A stretch of 64,000 bases of DNA from Gracilinanus agilis (Eukaryota): the NCBI RefSeq assembly GCF_016433145.1, contig NC_058132.1:104922455-104986454 (forward strand). The letters run 5' to 3'. Position 1 is the first letter of the stretch, and each line of letters starts with the position of its first letter. Made by a program: the position numbers and the translations under genes. Positions 50,009-61,970 of this stretch are shown one piece after another. Under the pieces are notes generated by a model. That model had not been told where the DNA came from and did not search any database. It worked only from the letters and a program-made list of their open reading frames with translations.

Positions 50009-50451
50009 ACTATCTGCTAAGTGCTGGACACAATGGATATAAAAGAAAGACAAAAAAACAGTTCTTGCTCTATAGGAGAAGAAGCCATTGGATTTGGTAA
50101 TTAAGAGAGTGAAGTTAAATTTTGTGAGAGCAATTTCTGTTGAATCGTAAGGTTAGCATTCTATCTGCCATACCATATTATCTTTCAAAATATTGAAATT
50201 TTTTTCAATTTCCAAATTAAAAGGCACAAAATTATTCTTTCATTTCTTCCCCATTCATTAGGTTTAATCTGATTCATTAAAAAAGATAATTTTAAAGAAA
50301 ATATATCAAATAAAATAATAAAAGTAGTACTTTTTAAAAATTGGTCTTACTGATTTAATAAGAAATTTCCTAATAGCAGTACACTGAGATAAAAACAATC
50401 ACAATAATAAAGATCACCATAATATAGTAGCATTTACATAATGCCTTAAAA

Positions 50452-50709
50452 CAGTGATGGTGAACCTATGGCACATGTACCAAAGATAGCACACAGTGTG
50501 GGTATGTGCACTGCCACCCCCTCCAGAATTTGTTACTAGAAAGGCTGAGGGACTCAGCCAGAGCTTCTCTTCTCCCCCTCTCCACCATGTCTGATGACAT
50601 TTTTTCACATCCTCTGCCCCTCTGCTCAGCAGCTCAATGAGAGAGCTTTCTCTCCCCTCTGTGTAGGATAAGGCATGGCACATGATCTCTAAAAGGTTTG
50701 TCATCACTG
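50452..50709. mobile_element. hAT MITE, family C (258 bp; termini CAGTGATGGTGAACCT / AGGTTTGTCATCACTG)
   Basis: Terminal inverted repeats; TSD ccttaaaa (50444-50451) / ccttaaga (50710-50717), 7 of 8. Confidence 0.9.
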
Positions 50710-50758
50710 CCTTAAGATGTAAGCTTTACAGCTGCTATTTCATTTAATTAAAATTCAA

Positions 50759-50794
<36 letters not shown>

Positions 50795-51859
50795 GTGCCT
50801 ACTATGTACCAAACATTTTACTAAGGCCTATGTATATAAATACGGGAGGGGGAGAGATAAAGAGAAAGAGGGTCCCTGCCCTCATCAAATTTTTGATCTA
50901 GTGGAGGAAGACAGCAAAGAAAGGAGAAATGAATGGATAAAGGGAGGAAGTATGGTGAATGTCAAAGAAATCTTAATTGAGTAAGAATATCAGTAGCCAG
51001 ACTTGGAATGAGAAGTCCAAATAGATGTCTCTCCTATCACCCTACCTGTCCTATAGCGTCATTTCCATCTTGTCCAACTCTTCCGGAACCCATTTATGAT
51101 TTTCTTGGCAAATATCCTGGTGTGGTTTACTATTTCCTTCTCCAGATCATTTGAAATATCAGGAGCCTAAAAACACTATTAACTGCCCACTTTTTTTGCA
51201 GTTGAGGATGTCATGGCTTTACCATTCAATTAAAGAGGCAGAGGGTACATGTAAGATGTGAAAACCAAAACTTATTAGATCATGTAAGATTACAATATGA
51301 TGAGATAGTTCAATCCTTACAACAACTTTAGGAGGTTTACAGATGATGAAACTAAGACTGACATAAGTGTTATGTCTAAGGTAAAATAGCTGGTAAATAC
51401 CTGAGGAAAGATTTGAACTCAGGCTTTCCAGATTCTAAGTAGAGTGTTACAAATCCTGTGTATATCATTTAGCTGCTCACTATTGTTACCCTATTTTTAC
51501 CATGAAGAAACTGAGGTCCATACAAGTAAAGTAATTCACTCAAAATCCATATACACAATAAGTAAATGATGGGCTAGGTAGAGGTATTTTTGTCTTATGG
51601 CCCAGAATTCTTTTCATTTTTTTTATGCTGCCTTTCAGAAAACATTATGGTCAACTCCACAAGCATTCTAGATATTTTTTACCTTTCTATTCACTGAAAA
51701 ATCTACTTAATAAATGCCCACTTTGTTTTATGTTTGATGCTGGGAATTCACAGACAAAAACAGCTCTTGACATCCAATAGTCCTCCTTATGCTGGGAAAT
51801 ATACAACACAATGACAAAGAAATCTTTTAAGATCAGCATGTTAAGTTTAGAGAAAAAAG

Positions 51860-52568
51860 GTTATTCTAATTATTTAGGAGAAACTGTATATTTCTAAATG
51901 CCAATAATACAAAGAAAGAACATATCAATGAATTGGGCATGCAATTAAAAATAAATAAAAATAGGAAAAAAATAAATTAAAATTCCTCAATTAAACATCA
52001 AATTAAATTTTTTTAAATCAAAAGAGATCAATTTAATTGAAATTAAGAAAATTATTTAATTTGGAGTTGGTTTTATTAAAAAACAGATAAACTAGTGGTT
52101 CATTTGATTAAAAAAATAAAAAACACAAATAATCAGCATAAAAAATAATAAGGGTGAATTTATCACCAAATGAAGAGGACATTAAAGCAATTATTAGGAG
52201 TAATTTGGTCCAATTTTTGTCAATAAATATAATAATCTAAGTGAAATGGATGAGTATTTACAGAAATATTAGTTGCCAAGAATAATAAAAGAGAAATTAG
52301 AAAACATAAAATACTCTATCTTAGAAAAAGAAATTTAACAAGCCATCAATGAGATCCCTAAGAAAAAGTCCCCAGAACCAGAAAGATTCATATCTGAATT
52401 GTACCAAACATTTAAAGAACAATAAATTCTAATACTATATAAAATATTTGGGAAAATAGCCTAAGAAGGAGTCCTACCAAATTTTTATGACATAAATATG
52501 GTGTGGATACCTAATCTAGAAGTACAAAAACAGAGAAAGAAAACTGTAGACCAATTTCCCTAAAGAAT
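51860..52568 (+). mobile_element. Internal L1 ORF2 fragment (region upstream of and at the start of RT), disabled
   Basis: Frames [36 protein letters not shown] and EKENCRPISL, matching L1 KSPGPDGF..EFYQTFKE and ENYRPISL motifs. Confidence 0.92.
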
Positions 52569-52574
52569 GATAAA

Positions 52575-52664
52575 TTAGGAGGTATTATTTTTCTTATCCA
52601 ATTTCATGGATCCCCTGAAATCTCTCCACAAACCTATTGATGGACCTCAGGTTAAGAACCTCTG
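52575..52664. mobile_element. Old hAT-type terminal fragment
   Basis: Ends tggacctcaggttaagaacctctg, similar to the end at 56137-56152. Confidence 0.4.
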
Positions 52665-52775
52665 TTTTCAAGCATTACCTAAAACACTTGCCCAGCATCA
52701 AATAGGTAGTATGTTTCAAAGGCAGAAATTGAAACCAGATGTCTCTAGCTTGAAGGCCAGCCAAACTACCTAAAT

Positions 52776-52979
52776 CAGTGATGGACAAACTTTTTAAAGA
52801 GGGGGCCAAAGGAAAGGAAATGCTCATTTGTTAGTCTGTTTCTAAGGTAATTCTTTCAAAGTTTCATTGTATTGTATCCTACTCATTGTATTTGTCAGAT
52901 TAGGAATAATGTCAATAGAACTGATAGAACATTTCAGTGGGGCATATCTGGCCCTCAGGCTGTAGTTTGCCCATCACTG
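52776..52979 (-). mobile_element. hAT MITE, family B copy 3 (204 bp, opposite orientation)
   Basis: Reverse complement of the 29920 and 32124 copies; perfect TSD acctaaat at 52768-52775 and 52980-52987. Confidence 0.95.
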
Positions 52980-53037
52980 ACCTAAATCATTGTAAGGTCA
53001 TTAAAATAATTGGATTCATATGAATAAAATTTTCTAG

Positions 53038-53290
53038 AGGCAGATTTTAGTCTAATAAAGAAGATACTTTCCTAACAATTAACTTATCTACACCAAGAAT
53101 GGGTTTCCAAGAGAAGAGGAGAGACTAGGCTCAGAATGGGTAATGACTTAAATTTCAATGAAGGTTTTCAAACATTAGCTAGATAGTGCCAGGGATGTTG
53201 TAAAGAGGAATCCACTCCAGGAATGGATTAGCCTCTGAAGTATCTGCTAGCTTACGTTCTCTGATTCTGATACTTTTAGATTCTGTGGAT
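53038..53290 (+). mobile_element. L3/CR1 3' end relic
   Basis: actttcctaacaatt...gggatgttgtaaagagg...tctctgattctga. Confidence 0.65.
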
Positions 53291-53468
53291 TAGTGATAAT
53301 CTTCCACCAAAGGGACCTTCTGTTCTCTCATTCAAAACTTCATGGTGATCCTGGGTACTCAATGACTTTCCCTAGTAAAGTGTGAGATCTGATAGGTATT
53401 TATTAAGCTAGAATTGCTCATGTGTGGCCCTGTAATGATTGATTAATGTTGTCTCAGAACCAGTCCAG

Positions 53469-54255
53469 GCAAAAAATTGGAAAATGAGGGGACGCCCTTC
53501 GGTTGGGGAATGGCTGAACAAATTGTGGTATATGCTGGTGATGGAATACTATTGTGTTCAAAGGAATAATGAACTGGAGGAATTCCATGTGAACTGGAAT
53601 GATCTCCAGGAATTGATGCAGAGTTAAAGGAGCAGAACCAGGAGAACATTGTACACAGAGACTGATACACTGTGGCACAATAGAATGTAATGGACTTCTC
53701 TACTAGCAGCAATGTAAGGATCCAGAGCAAGGCTGAGGGACTTATGAGAAAGAAAACTATCCATATCCAGAGAAAGAACTGTGGGAGTAGAAACAGAAGA
53801 AAAACAACTGCTTGATCATATGGGTCCATGGGGATATGATTGGGGATGCAGACTCTAAAGCAGGGGTCGGCAACCTTTTTGGTTGTGAGAGCCATAAATG
53901 CCACATTTTTTAAAATGTAATTTCATGAGAGCCATACAGTGATCACAGTGCGCGCTCCTGTAACAGCGCCTGAAAAAAAAATGGACTTGATGGCTCCTGC
54001 AGAAAGAGCCATATCTGGCTCTCAAAAGAGCCAGATATGGCTCGAGAGCCATACATTGCCAACCCCTGCTCTAAAGGATCACCCTAATGCAAATATCAAT
54101 AATATGGAAATAGTTCTTGATCAATGACACATATAAAACACAGTGGAATTGCTCATTGGCTATGGAAGGGGGTGGGAAGAGGGGAAGGAAAGAACATGGG
54201 TCATGTAACCATGGAAAAAATTTCTTAATTGATCAATAAAATATAAGAAAAAATG
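53469..54255 (+). mobile_element. 5'-truncated opossum L1 3' end, interrupted by a hAT MITE
   Basis: VGEWLNKLWYM frame; homologous to 17.8-18.9 kb; host rejoins as gactctaaag|gatcaccctaatgc. Confidence 0.92.
53861..54068. mobile_element. hAT MITE, family D (208 bp; termini CAGGGGTCGGCAA / TTGCCAACCCCTG)
   Basis: Terminal inverted repeats with one mismatch; perfect TSD ctctaaag at 53853-53860 and 54069-54076; CpGs retained (gcgcgc). Confidence 0.95.
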
Positions 54256-55220
54256 CAGACTCATTTCCAGAGAGCTGGTGAAAGAGTAATGATGTTTTGG
54301 GCCACAGAAGCTAATGAAGGCCATCTCTTTTGGTGAGGAATAGTTACTATCCAGATGGGCAAGAGGAACACCTGCAACAGTGGACCACAGATATTTGATG
54401 TTTTGTTAGGACTAGGGGGATATCTTTGGGGGGGATTTTTTCTAGGAGTTTCCTTAAGGATTCTAACAAAGTAATTATTTACTAAAAATAAAACTGCAAG
54501 GAAACTCTCCTATATTTACTTTCAGCAAGCAATAACTTGTGACACATTATGTATTGCTTGAATAACATAAATTGTTTAAAATTGGCCTACATGCTTGAGC
54601 CCTCCTTTCTCCAGTCTAATGTGAATTCTTTCTAGTAAATTACTAAGTTTCTTGAGGATCCAAGTGATTTCCCATCCCTCTTCTCCTTTTGGGGTAGAGT
54701 AAAAGAAATATTGATTTTTTTTCAATTGAGTCAATAAGAAACTGGAAGCATTCCTCACCAAGTTAGTCATGGAACAAGAATTGTTTGTATTTATGTTCTC
54801 CAAGCACCTAGTAAATATTTTTCTGGATGTGATCACCACAAAAGGAAGACCACCTATACTACTTCCTACTGAGCATAAACCTGATTTTGAGATAATTATT
54901 TGCTTCAGTATAATAGAATCTAGCTGAACACATGAATGTTTTAGTGTGTGGGTGGGGAGGGATGTTGAAACACAGGACTTAGAGATTTGGTTCAAGCTTT
55001 GTCAATCTCTTGATATATGATGTATTCAGTCACCTCATCTCTTTATTCTCACTTTCCTCTTTTGTATGTCTCTCATAGAATTTCTAAAACTCAGATGAAT
55101 TAACAACTACAGATTGTGGTGTAATCATATGTCTCTAAATAAAATCTGTTCCTATTCTTAGAATTATTAGTGGAATCTCAAAGGGCCAGAGTATTAGTTA
55201 TCTTTTTTCTCTTTACTTCC

Positions 55221-55253
<33 letters not shown>

Positions 55254-55922
55254 CATTTAGAACTGTACTTTCAGATCTCATATAAGCTAGCCAGAATTCA
55301 GTTCTCATCAGTGGTAGTCAACCTCTGATAACTTGAGAAACTCAGGACCTGCAATCAGTATGTTACAGGATCATAGAGACAGAGAAAGAAAAGTTGTGAT
55401 TGACAAAGTAGCCCTCTTCAACTCTGATTCACCCTGTTCCATGACCCAGATGAGTTTTCTGAAAGGAAACAGAATGACTCAGGTCTAGGGTGGAATGGGC
55501 AATATTGTGATTTTTCTAGAGTCACTCTCCAGTTAAAACTCCATCAAGAGGGAAAGGACTGATTCTAGAACAGGCACAGAAGGATAGTTTGCATTAGGTT
55601 TGCCAGTCCTGGATGGCAGGGATGGATTCCTTCCTCTGTAGAAGTAGACAAGAGACATGGCAGCTCTCAACCTGCATTTGGGCCATCAGTTTTCTCTGCA
55701 TTCTCTACAGGGACTAGCAGGACATGAGGTAGCACTGAGCATTAAACTTAGCTCTGACCATTATTTTGTGACTTTAATCAAATCACTTTGCCACTTCTAA
55801 GAATGTTAGGTTCCCCACTTGAAATTGGAAATAATCATATTTAAATTTCCTGTCATAGAACTATTGTGAAAAAGAAGATTTGTTAATCTTACAGTGCCAA
55901 AGAAATCAGAACTATTAAGTTA

Positions 55923-56152
55923 CAAGGATTTTTAACCTAAGGTTCCTGAACTTTTGTGTGTATGTGTGTGCATGTGCATGTGTATGCATGTATGTGTGTA
56001 TAAATGTTTATAAATATATGTGTATATTGATGAATCTTTTTCAATATAATTATTTTATGCATTTGAAAATATTGCTCTAAGAAGAGTTCCATAGATTTCA
56101 CCAGACTGCCACAGGGGTTCATGAGACATGTAAAAGAGGTTAAGAACCTTTC
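55923..56152. mobile_element. Ancient non-autonomous hAT-like element
   Basis: Degenerate termini caaggatttttaacct / aggttaagaacctttc; body ttcaccagactgccacaggggttcatg; no TSD visible. Confidence 0.55.
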
Positions 56153-57019
56153 AAAAAGAAAGGAAAATAGAAACTAAATAATATCTGGCATATGACCCTA
56201 AGGCTTAACCAATATGTCTAAGTATATCACTCAATTTGAGAAAGCAGAAAGGTAATGAATAAAAATACTCTGTAATACTGATTCCATATTTTCCTAAAAT
56301 GAGTTATGCATTTTTCTTGAGAAAGGAGGTTATTATTTTATATTTTTAGCTGAAAACATTTATCTTGAAAAGCAACATTCCACAGGATCTACCATATCAC
56401 TCAAAATTGGACTGAGTCTAGCAGTTCTATGAGGAAGTTAACGTGCTACAAGGTACTGTCAGCTACTACCAGGTTAAAAGCTATAAACCCCAGAGTCCTG
56501 GCTGATAGTTTCTGCCTTGGCCATCCCATTTTCTTAGAAATAACTAGAGGCAGTGGGGTCCCTAAAACTCCTTATTTTCTAAGCTTCTCAAGTGACAAAT
56601 CTAGAACCCATGCTCCAAAAGGAGAAATAATTTGCCTAAGATCATGGAGCCATATTGATAGTGTATGTCCATTTTGGTTCCAGTTCAATACACTAGTTTC
56701 TTCTCTAGAATGTCTACTCTGAGATTAGTGTTAAGAGATCAAAAGATTAGAAGAAACTAACTCTAGTGATGAATCCTATTGACAGCAAAATATATTTTGA
56801 GAATGATTTTGGGTCAAAGAAAAAAATCAGAGGAAGGAGAAGGCAGTTGGATGAATGGGTAGGATGATAATGGTTGATGCACAGTACAGGACTAGGCAGC
56901 TTTTATTTCAGTCCATTTTCCCTACCAAAGAGATAAATCTTCAGATCAAAGAATATATAAACAAATCTGGATAACGGTATTAAAAGAATATTAATCAACT
57001 TTTTAAAAAAATCATTATT

Positions 57020-58020
57020 GAGAGCTAAAATGGCATAGTAAGAGAAGCTCAGCTTGCTTTATACACAAAGACACAAAAATAGAAAATAGTGTTTCACAAT
57101 GAAAGAAAGCCAGAGGGACATGCCTCACTGGAGTGAGATGGGGAAAGTAGCCCAGTGAGTGCTGTGTAGGGGGAGCTTGCAAAGCCCACATAGGGGAAGA
57201 CTATAGAGTGTACACCTGCTGGAGCCTGCTTGCTGCCAAACAACCTGAGGCAATAAAATAGCACATGAGGAGTGGCCTAAGACCAGGCCTACAGAACAAG
57301 GAGCAGACCTTTACTTGTCCTGAGACAAGGAGAGTAGCAGAGGTTGGGGGGCAGGAGAGCTCACCACCAACTCTATTTACTTCCATATGGCCTGAGGTAA
57401 TGAAAGGGTAGAGCAGAGGAACAGCCCAACTTGGGGGACAACATGGAACCTAAAAGCAAAGGGAACAGAATCCAATTTTGGGGAAAAAACCTGATATAAG
57501 CCTCCCCACAAGAAGCTAGATGCCCTACTCCCTGGAAGTGTCTTTTGAGGGAAGCAAAGATAGTTGCACCTATCCCAAGCACCAGAGAAGGCTATACTGC
57601 AACCTTGGAACAGTGTTCCCTCCACCTGAGGAGCAGAGCAGAACCTCAAAAGATAGACAAGATAATGAGGGGGGAATAATAATTAGAAAAATTATCAAAA
57701 GTTAGTAACAGAGAAGATTAAAATATAAACTCAGAAGAGGACAGCAGTGGCAAAAAGGAATTGTGAAGACTCAAAGGAAGTGAGAAATGATATCAGTCCC
57801 CAAAAAGACCTTTTGGAAGAACTTGAAAAGAAGTTTAAAAATCAAATAATAAGAGAAAATAGGGAGAGATTTAACAACTTGGAAACTAGAATGGACCAAG
57901 TGGAAATGGAGGCCAAAAAACAAAACAAAACAAAACAAAACAATGAATAAAACAATTCTCTAAAGCCTAGAATGAGCCAAATGGAAAAGGAAACACAAAA
58001 GCTCAAGAAATAAAAATTAC
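57020..58020 (+). mobile_element. L1 5'UTR plus start of ORF1 (3'-truncated relic)
   Basis: Start gagagctaaaatggc (ggagccaagatggc-type L1 head); ORF 57747-57950 contains QKDLLEELEKKFKNQII, a coiled-coil like marsupial L1 ORF1p. Confidence 0.75.
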
Positions 58021-59227
58021 TTTTGAAATTATGTTGCTGCCTATTTGATTTTTTTTCTTAACCATACAACTAATAAAAACCACCAATGGGAACAAAAGGT
58101 AAGGAGGCTATGACCTAGAATGTTGGTATGAGACCCCACAATAATGATATTGTGTCACTATTGTTGAGACATTTTTCAATATGTCTGACTCTTAGTGACT
58201 CCATTTGGTTTTCTTGGCAAAGATACTGGTAGGGTTTGCCATTTTCTTTTCCAACTAATTTTACAGATGAGGAAATTAAAGAAAAGAAACCCAGGGTCAC
58301 ACTTTTTAGCCTGGAGAAGAGTTAGAGTTAAATTCGAGAAGATCATTCTTATTCTGCTTAGCTTCGAAGAGTAGAACCAGAAGTAATGTGTCCAAGATGC
58401 AAAGTTATATAAAGATGGAATCAGGCTCAATTGAAGCAAAGCAAGAAGCAGACATTTACACAGTTTCTACTTTGTGCCAGCTACTCTGCTGATCACTTTA
58501 CAATTATTATTTAGTTTGATCCTCACAACAACTCTTGGAAGCCAATGCTATTACTATCACCATTTTACAGTTGAATAAAATGAGACAGAAAGAAGTGAGC
58601 TAGAAAGTGTTTGAGATCAACTTTGAATTCAAGTTTTTCTGACTCCAGGCACAGCATTTTAACCATGCTGCTCCTGGTTACCTAGGGAAACAAACAAACA
58701 ATAAACAAATTTCATAACATTAGAGCTGTCCAAAAGTATAACAGTCTGGTTTTGGAGTTAAAACTGTGCTTCCCTTTCCTAAAAGACTTAAATGCAAAGC
58801 AATGAATCTAACTCTGTTTCTTAGTTGCCTCATCCATTAAAGAGCCATGATCATTCTTAAACTATTTTACTCAAATTACTGGGAGGATACTGTTTGCAAA
58901 TCAGTTGTTTAATCAATAAACCTCTATGAAATGCCAGTTAAATTCCAGGCACTGGGCTAGAGCTCTGATATGCAGATAGCTGCCTTAGTTGGAAGGGAAT
59001 TTTAGCAAATCTACTTGTTATGTATACTGGAGAGAACACTTTTGTTGGTGGTGGTGTTTGTGTGTGTGTGTGTGTGTGTTTTAATTTTAGAGAATAGGCG
59101 GGCTTAATTTTCTCTGAAGTCACTTCTCAACTCTCAAGTTCTGGGCTTCTGTGACATTTTCATGTTTACCTGCTCTGACTCTGAGTTGCTTTTTTTTCCC
59201 TGTTTTTCTTTTTTTTTCTGAAAGAAG

Positions 59228-59385
59228 GTAGTTCTGATCTTCCTTCATCCTTCCCTCTTTCCCTCCCTTCTATTTTTTCCTTTCTCTCTTCCTTCCTTCC
59301 ATTCTCTCTTTCTTTCTCAGTTTATTCTTTCTTTCTTTCTTCCTTCCTTCCTTCCTTCCTTCCTTTCTTTTTTTTTCTTTCTTCC
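59228..59385. repeat. (TTCC)/(TTTC) pyrimidine tract
   Basis: Direct reading. Confidence 0.92.
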
Positions 59386-60109
59386 ATCCATTTAAGGACA
59401 AGTTCATCTTAAAGTTTTAATCAGTTGTTCCATTCTGATACTCTTTTCTAATTCAATATTTTTTTTTCAATTTTACTTCCCCAGGCCTCATCATGGTGAC
59501 ATCTTTGTCAACTAACTTCCTTTAAGAGTTAACTGGAATGAAAAAGAAATGGAGATTATTAGCTGCATGCTAAATGAGGATTGTCTGGTTCTCCTTTCCA
59601 ATATGCCTGGAGCAGTTTTAAGAGTGCTAATGCTCTCCACTATGTTGTGATAGTTATTCTAGTAAGAAACAATTCTGTTTATATGCTCAGACTTTCTTCT
59701 TTTGACTGACTCTCCATAAAGACATTTGTTAGAAAAAACATACCATATTAATTATTATATTACACTGTAGTGAAAAAAAAGTTGGAAGAGAAATCAGGAA
59801 ACTTAGTTTATGGTCCTTCCTTTGTTACTCACTTATTGTCTTTGGGCAAGTTACTTCACACCAAATGCAACCAGTTATTTCTTTGGACCACAGTTTCCTC
59901 ATCCATAAAATGGGCTTAATGATATTTGGACCACCCTTTTTCAAATAGATTTGATGATAAGAGAAATGCCTTCCAGGAAGCTTTGAATCTGTTCTTCATA
60001 TTTGTTACATTGGAAAAAATGTCAATTGATGGAAAAATTGTGAGAAAACATGTACTATAGGTACAATTGTGGATTTACACATTTTCATATATGTTTCTGG
60101 AAAAAATAA

Positions 60110-60910
60110 GTTATACATTCCCTTGTCACTACTAGCGGTATTTACTAAAGACACTAGCTTTTTCACTAAAGAAAGCAAAAGAAAAAAAGGAAAGGAATGC
60201 ATAAATACGAAAATAGCATAGATATTTTTCTAGTATCAGAGTTAGAAACTAAGGGGTTCCCCTTAAAGTGGGAAATAAATAAACAAATGTTGATGTATGT
60301 GAGTATTGGAATATTATTGTGTCATTAAAATTATGAAAGGAACAATTTCATAAAGTATAAAGAAAAATGGGAAGACGAATAAACTAATACATAGTGAAAT
60401 GAAAAATATGATAAATATTTAAATAAATAACAAAATCATAAAGATTTTGAAAGATTTTAGTTTACTAATTATGATTCCAGAAGACCAGCAATGAATATTA
60501 CTGCTGCCTATCTCGTAATGGATAAGTGATGGGCTCAAGATGTAAACAGACATGTTTTTGGGTATGATCATCAAAGGAGTAAATTTAAATATTAGCTACA
60601 TTTTTTAAACCCTTACTTTTCCTCTTGGAGTCAATACTGTGTATTGGCTCCGAGACAGAAGAGTGATAAGGGATATGCAATGGGGATCAAGTGACTTGCC
60701 CAGGGTCACACAGATGGGAAGTGTCTGAGGCCAGATTTGAACTAAGGTCCTCTCTTCTCTAGGCCTGGCTCTCAATCCACTGAGCCACCCAGCTGCCCCC
60801 TACATTTTTTAAAGTGTTTTTTCTCATTTTTCATCATCAAATCTCAATAATTTCATTATTCACATAGAGAATAAATATTCTAACAAAAAAATTAAATTAA
60901 AAATTAAAAG
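60110..60910 (+). mobile_element. Old L1 3' fragment split by a SINE
   Basis: gaaactaaggggttcccc...ggaatattattgtgtcattaaaa; interrupted at about 60600-60800. Confidence 0.65.
60610..60799 (-). mobile_element. Opossum SINE1-type SINE
   Basis: Direct repeat ctacattttttaaa at 60596-60609 and 60800-60813 (partly overlapping the tail); head ccactgagccacccagctgcccc. Confidence 0.93.
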
Positions 60911-60999
60911 AAAATAAATTAAAAGATATGTAAGAGAGAAAGTCACTCCCATGTTCACAGATAAAACATAATCAAACAATAAGTCAAAAATATTTATTT

Positions 61000-61640
61000 A
61001 TTAAATGCTCACACTCACCTCCCCACTCAGCTATCAAAATGATTGTCTAATTATATAATTTCTCCCCTTGCCCAATCCTAATTAAGTCCAAGGGCTTCCT
61101 CTCACCTTCAAAAAAATATCCTCTATTAAGCATTCAAAAGCCCTTTAAAATCCATGGCTCCACCTCCTTTTCTAGCATTCTAATATCTTATAACCTACCA
61201 CAGATTCTGGGATTCAGTGGCACTGGCCTCTTTTCTATTACTTAAACAAGATACTCCATCCTCTGAATCCAGGCATTTTCACTGATTTACATTCCTGTAA
61301 TGTTCTTCTTCCTTATTCTCACCTTTTTGCTCCCTGACTTCCTTCAAGTCCTACCTAAAATTCAATCTACTGAAGGAAGACTTTTAAAATTCCCCTCAAT
61401 TCTAGACTTCTGTTATTTTCCAGGTCTTATATTTGCTATTCATTTTCTAATTTTCTTGTTTAAGTCCATGTATAGCACTGATATTCTATTTCTTTTGTTC
61501 TTAAATTTATTATCTGAGTTGTCTGTAGGCTTTAAGATATTGTTATATGCTCTATACCTTCTATGTTCTAAGATCCCTTTCCTGTAGGGCAGTTTTATAT
61601 TCTGTTTTCCAAATATCCTAAGCTTTCAATGGTCTTAAAT
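61000..61640 (+). mobile_element. L2 3' region relic
   Basis: attcaaaagccctttaaaatc...ctggcctcttttctattacttaaacaagatactccatc...ggcattttcactg. Confidence 0.6.
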
Positions 61641-61970
61641 GATATATAAGGAAAGGAATGTGGACTGAGTACATGCCAGACCCCAGAGTTTATTATTTGC
61701 TATCTCAAGCAAGCATGATGCATGCTCAAAGCTTTGTATGTGAAAATATATTCAAATGTTAGACTGCCACAAAGCAATTTGCTGTGAAACCTCAAAATAA
61801 TTTACCTCTCTACAAAAAGAGATTCATGCAGTTTGCTTGAAGGAAGTAGAATCCTTTAAAAACCACTTAGGTAGCATATGTATATAGATATATGCATACA
61901 TACATACATACATACATATCTATATCTTCATATATATACAAATATATACACATATATTAATCTATACATT

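Noticed and set aside
32124-52979. Inversion or composite transposon between the oppositely oriented family-B copies
   Set aside because: The 52776 copy keeps its own perfect TSD, so its flanks were not exchanged
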